NCBI GenBank assembly: GCA_965222375.1
Contig: CBDCTZ010000016.1
Location: 1,760,001 to 1,824,000, forward strand
Length of the DNA stretch: 64,000 nt
Reading direction: 5' to 3'
From: Polyangiaceae bacterium
GTDB lineage: Bacteria > Myxococcota_A > Polyangia > Polyangiales > Polyangiaceae
Shown one piece after another: positions 54,940 to 64,000 of this stretch. Below the pieces are notes generated by a model that made no database searches, was not told where the DNA came from, and saw only the letters and a list, made by a program, of their open reading frames with translations. Within the stretch, counting starts at the first letter, position 1. Each line of letters begins with the position of its first letter. The position numbers and the translations under genes are program-made.

Positions 54940-57900
54940 CCGGTCAGCCCGAGCTGCTCTGCCAATTCGGTCGTGCGCTTGTGGGATGGAACCCGAGTCA
55001 AGAAACCCTCGCGAGCCGCGTCGTCCCCTAGGGCGTCAGCCCGCTCGAGCAGGCGTGTCAATGCCGTGCGCACGATCTCACGGGCCTTGTCCTCGTTGCC
55101 CAGCTGAAGGTTGGCCTCCGCCCACGTCACGTGCACGAGGGCCTCGGTGTCCTCTGGGCAGCCGTGTTTTTCTAGCAATTCGGCGGCACTTTCGCTGCAG
55201 CTGCAGGCTTCGGGTATGTGCCCCTTCGAGAGCAGGGCGCGCGCAACGACAGCGACGGCCAGGGGCAACAGGCCCGGCACGGCAGTGAGCAGTTCCTTGG
55301 CTCGCTCGGCTTCCTCCAGCGCCAAGTCCTGCTGGCCGAGCTCCACGAGTGCCAACGAGAGGTAGGCCCGCGCCGAGCCTTCCAAGATGGCTTCCCCTTG
55401 CTCCACTGCCTGGTTAAGCGCGACTTGCTGGTATTCCACCGAGCCCTTGGCATCGCCTAACCACAGGCGTACCAAACCTAGATTGTGGCGCGAGTAGGTC
55501 TTCACAGTTTCGAGCCCGAGGCGAGTCGCTGCGGAAAGGACCTGCAGCAGCAGGTTCTCGGCGCGGTTCAGTTGGCCGAGAGTGATCAACACGAACCCCA
55601 GATTGACTCGATCATTGGTGCTGGTGCGCGCGTCCCCGGCTAGATCGAATTGCTCCACCGCTAGTTCGAGCTCTCGTCGGAACTCGGCCGGCTTTCCCGC
55701 GAAGTAGGCCACGGCAGAGCGAGCGTGGTGCCGCCAGGCGCGCGCGCCAGCTGGGTTCGACTTCACCTTCGGCACCAACTCTTCGAGGCGCTCCAGCAAG
55801 TCGTGTGCGCGATCTCGATGCCCACTCTTCAAGTGTGCTGTTACCGCTCGTGCAAGACACATGATTTGGGCCGTACGCTGCCCATCCGTGCCGGGTTTTG
55901 CGGACAGCGCTGCACTGGCTGCTTCGCTGATGGTGCCGTCATGATCCAAGCTCCCCGCGCTGCTGCACAGATCCGACAGTGCGGCGAACCAGCGCTCACT
56001 GCCCGACTCGAGCAAAGCTTGGGCTTTCATGGCGGCCTGCTCGCTCAGCGCGTACTTGCCCTGCCATAGTTGAGCGTGGGCGCGCAGCCGCTCGAGTTCA
56101 CCGCGAGTGCGGTCGTCCGGGGCCTGGGTTAGCGCGAGCTCGACGCGATCGAGCGTGGCGACCAAGTCATGCCCCTCCAGGGCCTGTGCCGCGGCGGCGG
56201 CATAGTGCAGCGCGGCTTCCTTGCTGCTCTCTCCTCGACGAAAATGCTCGGCCAGAACCAGGTCGTCGGATTCCCCGTGCTCTCGTAGCCAACTACCGGC
56301 GATGCGGTGGCCCAACTTGCGATCGTCGTCGGTCAAAGACGCATAGGCCGTTTCCCGTACGACGGCGTGACGGAAGATGTACTCATCTTCCTCCGGGAAG
56401 CTGGCCTCCGGGCGTTCGCTGCATAGCTCCCGGGCCACCAAGTCGTCCAGATCAGCCTCTAGAGTCTGGTGGTCGACTTCCGAGCCGATCAGTTGAGCAA
56501 CGGCGCCTCGCCAAAAACGCGCACCGAGAATGCTCGCTCCGCGAAGCACCCGTCGTGCGCTTGGCGACAGTTGCTCGAGGCGTGCCTGTACCACGCCGAC
56601 CACGGTGGCGGGCAGCTCGGTTTGCCCCTCGCTCACCGCGCGAATCAGCTCTTCCAAAAAGAAAGCGTTGCCATCGGCCAGGTCCACGACTCGGGACAGC
56701 TGTTCGTCCGTGATGTCTTCAAGAACGTTGCGAACCAGGCGAACGCTGGCCTTCTTGTGCAAGGGGGGAAGTCGCACTTCCTGGGCACCACGTGCGGCCC
56801 AGAGCTTGGGAAAGAGCTCGAAGACCTCCGGCCGCGCCAGAGCAAATACCAACACCGGGCGCTCGGTGTGGGTCGCCAAGGTCGCGTCGATGAGGGACAC
56901 CGTGGGGCGGTCACCCCAGTGCATGTCTTCGAGCACGATCGCGATGGGCCCGCTCTTGCTGGCGCCTTCGATGAAATCTAGCCAAGCGCCGCGGATGGCA
57001 TCGCCGAGCAGGGTGGGTTCTGCTCGGGCCGCTCGAAGCGTCGGGCTGTCGCAATCGTCGAAGGGCACGTTAGCGAGTTCGCCGAGGAAGAGCGCGGCTT
57101 CCAGCGCAAGGCGGGTCGAGCCCAGCGCCGCCCGCGCCCGCGCCATGAGTTTCACGCGGCTGTCCGCGGCGGGTTCACCCTCCATGATCCCGGCCGAGCG
57201 CCGCAGAGCCGAGCGAAGCGGGCCAAAGGGTGAGCCGGCGCTCAGCGCGTCAGCCCGACCAAATAGGATCTGCAAGTTGGGCTGCTCGCGCCGAAGCTCT
57301 TTGAGGAACTCGTATCGGATGCGTGACTTGCCCAGTCCGGCCTCGCCAACGGCGATTACCGCCCGCGCCACGGGTTCCTCGAAGCATTCATCCGCCAGGG
57401 CGTGCAGAGCGGCCATCTCTCGCTGGCGGCCCACGCAGGGCGTCTCTCGACCGAGAAAGCGGCGCTTGCCTTCCGGGTCCGGTGCTGCTGTCGAGAGCCG
57501 GAAGCGGCCTCGGCTGGTGCGTTCCGCATGGTCGGCGCCCAACGCCTTGGCGGTCTCGTCGTCCAAAGCGACTTCACTAGCGTCGGCGCGAAGCAGCTCC
57601 CGCGCTGCACGGTCCAGAGCGGAACCCAGCGGCGCGCGCTCGCCCATGACTCCGAGCCCAAGGGACAGGGACATCGGTCGCTGCGCGAGCTGCTTGCGCA
57701 AGGTCTGGGCGGCGCGCAGAGCCCGAGTGCCGCGGGCGTCGCCCGTGTCGATGAAACTGGCAACCACACTGCCGTCCGCGAGGCTGTTCCAACTGCCGCC
57801 AAGCTCGATCACCTGGGCGGCCACGCGCAACGAGGGATCCAATTCCGGCTGCGAGACGCGGATTTCCCGGGTCTCCGTGTCTTCGGGCCGGCCGCCGCCA

Positions 57901-58787
57901 ACCAACAAGACCCACACCGCGCGCTGTTCCGTCGAACCCAAGTGCGGGGCCGCAGGGCCGCGGGAATGCAACACTTCGCCAGAAAGGGCTTCCAAGCGTT
58001 CCAGCAACGCGCCGCCGTTTGCAGGGCGCTCGTGCTTGCTTTTCGAGAGCATCTCCGTGATCAACAACTCCAGCCCCACGGGTGTGTTGGGCACGAGCTC
58101 TCGCAACGTCGTGGGTTGCTCCAACAAGATCTTGGCCAAGACGGCGGTGGCATCGCCACCCAAGAACGGGTTCTCTCCCGTCAAGCAGCGGTACAGCAGC
58201 GAGCCCAAGGAGAAGATATCCGAGCAGGGCTCGGGGTTGCGCTCGCCACCGGCCTGTTCCGGCGACATATACGAGAGGGTGCCGATTAGAAGGCCCACTT
58301 CCGTGAAGTGTGGGTCGTACCGGCGCCGCGCCACGCCGAAGTCGATGATCTTGGCTTCGCTCAGCTCTTCTCCGGGGACGAAGATGTTGCTGGGTTTGAT
58401 GTCACGATGCACGACCCCCTGTTCGTGGGCAGCCGCCAGCCCGGTGGCCACTCGCTGGGCCAGCGCCCAGGTTTCCGATGCGGTCAGTTTGCGACGGGAC
58501 AGCAGGCTCGAAAGGGTGCTGCCCTCCAGCCACTCCATTGCGAGGTAGTGCTGTCCCTGAGGGGTCTCGCCGTGGGCGACATATCGAACGATGGCCGGGT
58601 GTTCGAGGGTGGACAGCACGCTGGCTTCTCGGGCGAAGCGTTCGCTGGCCTGACCTGGGTGCAGCATCTTGACGGCTACGGGCTGGTTGGTCTCGTTGTC
58701 CGTGGCATGGAACACTGCGCCCATGCCGCCGACGCCCGCGCGTCGATGCAGCTGAAAGCGCCCTGCGATCTGCGGCAGTTCGTCCAC
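54936..58787 (-). CDS. Ser/Thr protein kinase with AAA ATPase and TPR regions
   Basis: GVGGMG, VAVK, HRDIKPSN, DFG, YMSPEQ; Walker A GEAGLGKS, Walker B IVLEDMHW; helical repeats at the C-terminus. Confidence 0.92.
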   Translation of the reverse strand: MDELPQIAGRFQLHRRAGVGGMGAVFHATDNETNQPVAVKMLHPGQASERFAREASVLSTLEHPAIVRYVAHGETPQGQHYLAMEWLEGSTLSSLLSRRKLTASETWALAQRVATGLAAAHEQGVVHRDIKPSNIFVPGEELSEAKIIDFGVARRRYDPHFTEVGLLIGTLSYMSPEQAGGERNPEPCSDIFSLGSLLYRCLTGENPFLGGDATAVLAKILLEQPTTLRELVPNTPVGLELLITEMLSKSKHERPANGGALLERLEALSGEVLHSRGPAAPHLGSTEQRAVWVLLVGGGRPEDTETREIRVSQPELDPSLRVAAQVIELGGSWNSLADGSVVASFIDTGDARGTRALRAAQTLRKQLAQRPMSLSLGLGVMGERAPLGSALDRAARELLRADASEVALDDETAKALGADHAERTSRGRFRLSTAAPDPEGKRRFLGRETPCVGRQREMAALHALADECFEEPVARAVIAVGEAGLGKSRIRYEFLKELRREQPNLQILFGRADALSAGSPFGPLRSALRRSAGIMEGEPAADSRVKLMARARAALGSTRLALEAALFLGELANVPFDDCDSPTLRAARAEPTLLGDAIRGAWLDFIEGASKSGPIAIVLEDMHWGDRPTVSLIDATLATHTERPVLVFALARPEVFELFPKLWAARGAQEVRLPPLHKKASVRLVRNVLEDITDEQLSRVVDLADGNAFFLEELIRAVSEGQTELPATVVGVVQARLEQLSPSARRVLRGASILGARFWRGAVAQLIGSEVDHQTLEADLDDLVARELCSERPEASFPEEDEYIFRHAVVRETAYASLTDDDRKLGHRIAGSWLREHGESDDLVLAEHFRRGESSKEAALHYAAAAAQALEGHDLVATLDRVELALTQAPDDRTRGELERLRAHAQLWQGKYALSEQAAMKAQALLESGSERWFAALSDLCSSAGSLDHDGTISEAASAALSAKPGTDGQRTAQIMCLARAVTAHLKSGHRDRAHDLLERLEELVPKVKSNPAGARAWRHHARSAVAYFAGKPAEFRRELELAVEQFDLAGDARTSTNDRVNLGFVLITLGQLNRAENLLLQVLSAATRLGLETVKTYSRHNLGLVRLWLGDAKGSVEYQQVALNQAVEQGEAILEGSARAYLSLALVELGQQDLALEEAERAKELLTAVPGLLPLAVAVVARALLSKGHIPEACSCSESAAELLEKHGCPEDTEALVHVTWAEANLQLGNEDKAREIVRTALTRLLERADALGDDAAREGFLTRVPSHKRTTELAEQLGLTG

Positions 58788-58809
58788 CCGCTGCAGTGTA
58801 GTACGACTG

Positions 58810-59574
58810 CTACGCGACAGGGTCTAGGGGGTCAAAAGCCGCGTTGCTGGCGGATTGAACCTGCGCGGATGTGAGCCCGAAGCGCCGTTCGCGGTTCGAG
58901 TACTGGTCGATGGCGTCAATCAGGGTTTGCGGCACGAATTGCGGCCACATGATGGGCAAGAAGACCAACTCGGCGTAGGCCGACTCGAAGAGCAGGAAGT
59001 CACTGACCCGGGACTCACCGCCGGTGCGTATCAACAAGTCCACGTCGGGTAGCGAATGGGTCGTCATCTCACGATGGAAGAAGGACTCGTCAATCTCCTC
59101 CGGCAGCACCAGCCCGGCGCGCGCGCGCACGGCCAAGGCACGAGCTGCTTCCACGATGTCCTGGCGTCCGCCATAGGACAGCGCCAGGGTGAGGGTCATC
59201 TTCTCGCCGTCCGAGGTGTAACGAATCAGATCTTCAACCGCGTGGCGCGTGCCCGTGGGTAGGTCTTCGAGCTGACCAATCACATTCACACGAATGCCAA
59301 GGCTGCGCAGTTCGGAGCGCTCTTTGGCTGCGAAATCCACGAGCAAGCGCATCAGGGTTTCCACCTCGCGGCGCGGACGTGCCCAGTTCGCGACGCTGAA
59401 CGCGTAGAGGGTCAAGTATTCCACGCCGATACGTGCCGCCGTTTCGACGGCGTCTCGGACGGCGCGGGCACCTTCGGCGTGGCCTTCGACGCGTTCCAGA
59501 TTGCGGGCTTCGGCCCAGCGGCCATTGCCGTCCATGATGATCGCGACGTGGCGCGGGATCTGTAACTTGCTCAT
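58810..59574 (-). CDS. uppS: Undecaprenyl diphosphate synthase
   Basis: PRHVAIIMDGNGRWA, LYAFS, LSYGGR, DLLIRTGGE, RERRFG. Confidence 0.95.
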   Translation of the reverse strand: MSKLQIPRHVAIIMDGNGRWAEARNLERVEGHAEGARAVRDAVETAARIGVEYLTLYAFSVANWARPRREVETLMRLLVDFAAKERSELRSLGIRVNVIGQLEDLPTGTRHAVEDLIRYTSDGEKMTLTLALSYGGRQDIVEAARALAVRARAGLVLPEEIDESFFHREMTTHSLPDVDLLIRTGGESRVSDFLLFESAYAELVFLPIMWPQFVPQTLIDAIDQYSNRERRFGLTSAQVQSASNAAFDPLDPVA

Positions 59575-59737
59575 GTTGCTTCTTGAAAGTAGGGCCGCGA
59601 AAACCGCTGCGGCTCTAAGAGGTCGCACACCCAAACGCGGACGCCGGGGACTGTGTGTGGAGGTTTCGTGGAGATTGCTATGCGCCGGATCGAGCTTGCC
59701 GGAGCAACGTGTATAATTATTTGAAATTACTCGAGTT

Positions 59738-61186
59738 TTAAACAGGGGCTTGGCCGCGCGCGTCACCCACGGCTTCCCGCAATTGCTCTCGCGCGCCGCG
59801 CACCGCGGGGGGCAGCAGGAGCTCGAAGCGCACCCGCGGCGGACCGGGCTCCGGCAGCCTGGCGCTACCTCCATGGGACTCGGCCACCGCCCGAACGATG
59901 GACAAGCCCAGCCCGCTACCGCCCTTGTCGGCGCGGGTGGTCACGAAACGCCGGAACAGATTCTTGCGCACGTGTTTGGGCACCGAGCCCTCGCTTTCCA
60001 CTGCAATGGCGACGCCCTCGCTGACGCGTTCCGCTCGCAAGCGCACTGGGCTGCCGTCCTGCCCATGAATCAATGCGTTGTCGAGAAGGTTCGCGAGCGC
60101 TCGTGACAGCCACGTTTCGTCACCGCGCACACGAACATCCCCTTCCAATTGCACCTCAACGCGCTCCCCAGATGCATCGGCTTGCTCGGCGGCGCGCTGC
60201 AGCAGCCGGCCCAGGTCGACCTGTTTGAGGTCCTCGACCCCCCGCGCCTCGATTCGCGCCAGGCTCAGCAGGTCGTTCAGCAAACGTTCGATGCGCTCCG
60301 TCGCTTCGCGAATGCGCAGAACGAAGCGCCGAGCCTCCTCGGGCTCATCCAAGGCGCTTTCGTCTAGAACTTCAGCGCTCGCGCGGATTGCCGCTACTGG
60401 GTTCTTCAATTCGTGAGACAGATCTGCAGCGAAGGCCTCGACGAAGGGTCGCCCTTCGAGCTGACGTCGCATCGAGTCGATGGAGCGACTCAAATGGGTC
60501 ACCTCGCGCCCGGAAGTGACCGGGGGTGCTGCGGTGCGCTCACCGGCGCTGACGCTTTCGGCGAATTGGCTCAAGCGCTCGATGGGGCGGGCGATAGACC
60601 TTCCAATCGCCGCCGCTGCAATCGCGGCCGCCGCGCCCAACACCAGGCTGATCACCAGGACCGTCGGCGCGAAATCCGCAAGCAATCGCCGCATCACCAC
60701 GGTTGGTTTCACGACTCGGACGGATCCCACCCGCTTGCCTTCCCGCAGGATCGGCGCATCCACGCTCACGGTGCCCGGCTCGCCCTTCAGGGACGCTTTG
60801 CCCTTGGGAAAGATGACCTGCGCATTGACGTCCAAGAGCTCCAGGCGCAAATCCGCTCCCCGGGACTGCTCCTGGGCCATTCGGGCGCCTACGGCGTCGA
60901 TGCTGACTCCCGTGCGCTGCATTTCGCCCGCCAGAATGCCGGCAATTGCCGCAGCTTCGTCCGTCGCGGCTTGAGTCGCCAACCGCACGGCACGGGCTTC
61001 GATACGATCGATCACCATCAAGCCGAGGCCGAAGGCGAAGGCGCCGACGATGGAGGCCAGGGCCAGGAACACCTGCATGCGGATCGACATGCCGCGGGTT
61101 CGCGTCTCGAGCAGGCGCGAGATGACGAACGCGGCGAAAAGAATCAGACCGATCGCTGCAGCGGCGACAACGATGAGCCGAATCAC
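59738..61186 (-). CDS. HAMP-domain sensor histidine kinase (CreC-like)
   Basis: TM segments, SHELKNP H-box, NLLDNA, GSGLGL. Confidence 0.92.
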   Translation of the reverse strand: MIRLIVVAAAAIGLILFAAFVISRLLETRTRGMSIRMQVFLALASIVGAFAFGLGLMVIDRIEARAVRLATQAATDEAAAIAGILAGEMQRTGVSIDAVGARMAQEQSRGADLRLELLDVNAQVIFPKGKASLKGEPGTVSVDAPILREGKRVGSVRVVKPTVVMRRLLADFAPTVLVISLVLGAAAAIAAAAIGRSIARPIERLSQFAESVSAGERTAAPPVTSGREVTHLSRSIDSMRRQLEGRPFVEAFAADLSHELKNPVAAIRASAEVLDESALDEPEEARRFVLRIREATERIERLLNDLLSLARIEARGVEDLKQVDLGRLLQRAAEQADASGERVEVQLEGDVRVRGDETWLSRALANLLDNALIHGQDGSPVRLRAERVSEGVAIAVESEGSVPKHVRKNLFRRFVTTRADKGGSGLGLSIVRAVAESHGGSARLPEPGPPRVRFELLLPPAVRGAREQLREAVGDARGQAPV

Positions 61187-61887
61187 GGCTCTTGGTCGCC
61201 GACGCTGGGTCTATCAGTCACGCGGTAGCCTACCCCCCGCACGGTTTCGATCAGCCCCGAGTCTCCACCAGCTTCGGATACCTTCTTGCGCAGCGCCTTC
61301 ACATGGCTGTCGACGGTTCGGTCACTAATCGCGAAGCCGTCACCCCAAACTCGATCGATCAACTGCGCTCGGGTGTAGACTCGTCCGGGGCTCTCCATCA
61401 AGCTGCCCAACAGGTCGAACTCGACGCGAGTCAGCTCCAGCGCGCTGCCGTTGACGCTCGCTCTGCGCGTGGATTCATCGAGATGCAGAGGAAGCTCCTG
61501 AGTGTTCGGCGTCGCACTGTCCTGCTGGGCGCCCACGCGACGCAGGACCGCCCGCACCCGCGCTACGACTTCGCGTGGGGAGAACGGCTTGGTCACGTAA
61601 TCGTCCGCACCCGTCTCTAGGGCAGCCACGCGATCCGCCTCTCCATCACGACTGGAAAGCACGATGATGGGAGTCGCCAGTCCGTCCCTGCGCACCTTCC
61701 CGATGAAATCGAAGCCGCTGCCGTCGGGCAACATCAAGTCGAGCACTACCAAATCTGTGTCTGTGATGGCGCCCTCGGCCTCCGCAACCGTGCCCGCTTC
61801 GGACACGGTGTAGCCGTCCCGTTTGAGCGCGTAGGCGACACTTTCCCGAATCGCCGGCTCGTCTTCGACCACTAGGATGCGCTGCAT
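61183..61887 (-). CDS. OmpR-family response regulator (CreB-like)
   Basis: VVEDE, LDLMLPD, GADDYVTKPFS, RTVDSHV, ETVRGVGY. Confidence 0.94.
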   Translation of the reverse strand: MQRILVVEDEPAIRESVAYALKRDGYTVSEAGTVAEAEGAITDTDLVVLDLMLPDGSGFDFIGKVRRDGLATPIIVLSSRDGEADRVAALETGADDYVTKPFSPREVVARVRAVLRRVGAQQDSATPNTQELPLHLDESTRRASVNGSALELTRVEFDLLGSLMESPGRVYTRAQLIDRVWGDGFAISDRTVDSHVKALRKKVSEAGGDSGLIETVRGVGYRVTDRPSVGDQEP

Positions 61888-61926
61888 CGCTCGGCAGTGT
61901 ATCCCGGTTCTTGGAGCGCTGCCGCC

Positions 61927-62517
61927 TCAAGCCAAGAAGCTACGCACTAGCGGAGGAATCGACTTGAGCAGCCGGTCCAGGTGCTCTGGGTTCGGGCGTG
62001 TTCCGGCGAAATGCACCACCAGGCCACCGGGTCGCACCTCCAGGTGGCCTGTGAAGCTCCAGGACAGGAGCAACTGTCGCACCGCTGGTGGAAACGCCGC
62101 CTCAGCTTCCGTTGGCGATGCCGCTAGCGTGATGACTTGAGCGTCCCAGGTGGCATCACCAAGCTTCACTGTCGGCGGTGGAGGGTTTTCGATGTACGCG
62201 ACCCGGGTGTTGAAATGGTCCCCGACCCGGGCGGCTGCCCGCCGCACGAATCCCGGGTGGGAGACGAAGGCCAGAAGAGTGCGGTCCAGAGGCTCCGAGT
62301 CCAGGGGTGCCAACCAGGGCTCTGCAATGGTCGCGGTACCTGGCGGCATGGACCAAGAGACGCTGTTCACGTAGCCCTCGGCGCTGACCATGGTGTCGAA
62401 GGGCTCCCAGGCGGCAAACCAGCTTGGATTGGGTGTGGCTTCGTAGGCCATGCGGCGCGATCGCGCGAACCGCTCCAACTGCGCGGAGCCTTCGGGAAGC
62501 GGTGGGCTCGGTGCCAT
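61927..62517 (-). CDS. Hypothetical protein
   Basis: 196-aa ORF with GGGAGG RBS before the ATG. Confidence 0.7.
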   Translation of the reverse strand: MAPSPPLPEGSAQLERFARSRRMAYEATPNPSWFAAWEPFDTMVSAEGYVNSVSWSMPPGTATIAEPWLAPLDSEPLDRTLLAFVSHPGFVRRAAARVGDHFNTRVAYIENPPPPTVKLGDATWDAQVITLAASPTEAEAAFPPAVRQLLLSWSFTGHLEVRPGGLVVHFAGTRPNPEHLDRLLKSIPPLVRSFLA

Positions 62518-62611
62518 GCCTCCCTGTTAACTCGGCTCTTGCTCCGGCGCTAGCTGCCTGGCGGATCCGCGGCGCCTTGACGCGACCCGCGCAACTTGGC
62601 ACCACAGGGCC

Positions 62612-64000
62612 GTGAAACGAACTTGGGGGCTGATAGCCTGTCTAATTGCTTTTTTGCTGGTGAGCTGTGGCGGGCCGGGGTCGTCCCAAACGGGCCCGAG
62701 CAGCGTGGATGAAGAGAAGGCGCAGCGCCTCTTGGAACGCGCTCGCGCGTCCAAGGATGAGACGGCCTACCGGCGTTTGGTCAACCGCTTCGGGCAGACC
62801 GATGCTGCTGCCGAGGGCAAAGACGAACTCGCGAAGATCCTCGTTGGGCAGGCCGAGGCGGCTTTGCAGAAGTCCGACTTTGCAACCGCCCAGTCCCGCG
62901 CTGAGGAAGCACGTCTCTATGGCGGCCTGGAAACCACTGAACGCGCCCGAGCGGTCGAAAACCGCATCGACGAAGATCGCGGTCAAAAGGAGGCCAAAGC
63001 GGTGGTCAAGCTCGCGCACAAAGGGGACTGCGCCGGCGCGATGAATGCGTCGGCGAAGGCACAGCGGGGCAAAGCTCGGGAGGCCTACGTCAACACGCTG
63101 CAAAAGGAGAGTGGTGTTGCCCTCGTACTCTGCCTGGAGAAGAAGTTCTCCGAGCTGATTGAGGGTGGCAAGCTGGATGCGGCGCGAGCGTTGATCGGAT
63201 CCCCCGACGCAAAGAAGGCTCTGAGTGACGAGAAGATGGCAGAGGCGTCGCGCGCGATCCGCAAGGCTGTCGTCAGCTATACGACAAGGGACATACGACC
63301 CATGCTCGCGGACAAGCGCTGGAAAGACGCCGTGGCGAAGCTGGACGAGCTCACCAGCGACGGCACGATTTCCGACGCCGAAAAGCCTTTCGCCGTCGAA
63401 CTCGTGCAAGACGCCCTGACCAAGCACCTCGTCGCCCTGGGCGAGCAAAGTGTCAGCGCCAAGAAACCCAGCGAGCTGCTCAAGCAATACGACCAAGACC
63501 TGCCCCACGGTCGATACTCGGACGCACCCAAGAGCCTACTTACCGCACGGCGCCGACTCTCCGTCGCCAGTGAGTGTGAGCGCTTGAAGTGCAAGTTCGC
63601 TCAGCCGCAGGTCAAGTGGGCCTTTGGCAAGGTCGCAATGAAGATCGCGGAGAACGAGAAGAGTGAAGTGCAGGGCGGCGTGGCTCACGGCAGCAAGATC
63701 TGGATTCTCGGTAAGAGCCGAACTCAGGCACTGATCGCCGTGAAGGATCCGGGCAGCCCCAAAGGTGCGAAGCTGCTCGATGTGGCTGAAGGGTGGGTCA
63801 GTCTGAAAAGCCTCCGGGGCAAGGATACGTCCACGACCCTGCCGCCCAAGGCCGAGCTGGCCGGAGTACGCGTGTGGGGGCCCCTCAGGGCACCAAAGAA
63901 GACCTACCATCTGGGCAAAGTCGTCCGCGTGGAGGGCGTAAAAGTTGTCGTCAAGCGTCTCGGCGATAGCAAAGACGTCACGGTGCTTTTGAATAAGATC
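62612..64000 (+). CDS. Helical (TPR-like) lipoprotein; 3' end runs off the window
   Basis: Own translation: GTG-KRTWGLIACLIAFLLVSCGG...; the frame appears open to the window end. Confidence 0.75.
   Translation, partial: MKRTWGLIACLIAFLLVSCGGPGSSQTGPSSVDEEKAQRLLERARASKDETAYRRLVNRFGQTDAAAEGKDELAKILVGQAEAALQKSDFATAQSRAEEARLYGGLETTERARAVENRIDEDRGQKEAKAVVKLAHKGDCAGAMNASAKAQRGKAREAYVNTLQKESGVALVLCLEKKFSELIEGGKLDAARALIGSPDAKKALSDEKMAEASRAIRKAVVSYTTRDIRPMLADKRWKDAVAKLDELTSDGTISDAEKPFAVELVQDALTKHLVALGEQSVSAKKPSELLKQYDQDLPHGRYSDAPKSLLTARRRLSVASECERLKCKFAQPQVKWAFGKVAMKIAENEKSEVQGGVAHGSKIWILGKSRTQALIAVKDPGSPKGAKLLDVAEGWVSLKSLRGKDTSTTLPPKAELAGVRVWGPLRAPKKTYHLGKVVRVEGVKVVVKRLGDSKDVTVLLNKI

Noticed and set aside
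56530..58548. Long antisense ORFs (also 5867-7450, 1316-2464, 62642-63508)
   Set aside because: Shadow frames of real genes, expected with high-GC codon bias; no motifs.
59708..59742. AT-rich patch with TATAAT upstream of uppS
   Set aside because: Probably a promoter region, but TATAAT is on the strand opposite uppS and boxes could not be assigned.

Overview
GC-rich bacterial chromosomal window. The gene content points to a Myxococcota/Polyangia-type genome (inference): many Gly-rich and Cys-rich lipoproteins, PEGA/TPR and Sel1 proteins, a Ser/Thr kinase-AAA-TPR fusion and a ferritin-like lipoprotein. Housekeeping genes include pgi, cutA, gloA, uppS, an sthA-like transhydrogenase, M3 and M19 peptidases, a two-component pair and tRNA-Arg(TCT). 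The strongest candidates for something undescribed are: (1) a six-gene tandem array (1.2-10 kb) of DUF4139-like proteins, alternating lipoprotein and signal-peptide types, highly conserved except for one hypervariable 20-25 aa loop and showing mosaic sequence; (2) a secreted, very cationic protein (35.9-36.6 kb) with 18 cysteines arranged symmetrically around a central turn, predicting a giant disulfide-laddered beta-hairpin behind an acidic pro-segment; (3) an HNH/RuvA-C-like gene with a 13-unit internal repeat, a decayed copy upstream and a long palindrome downstream; (4) a ~150-bp dispersed GC-rich repeat found twice directly after stop codons. Several gene remnants also occur (kelch, flavoprotein, IS66 TnpA-like, ABC permease, aldehyde dehydrogenase). 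All family assignments come from reading motifs by eye; no database searches were run.
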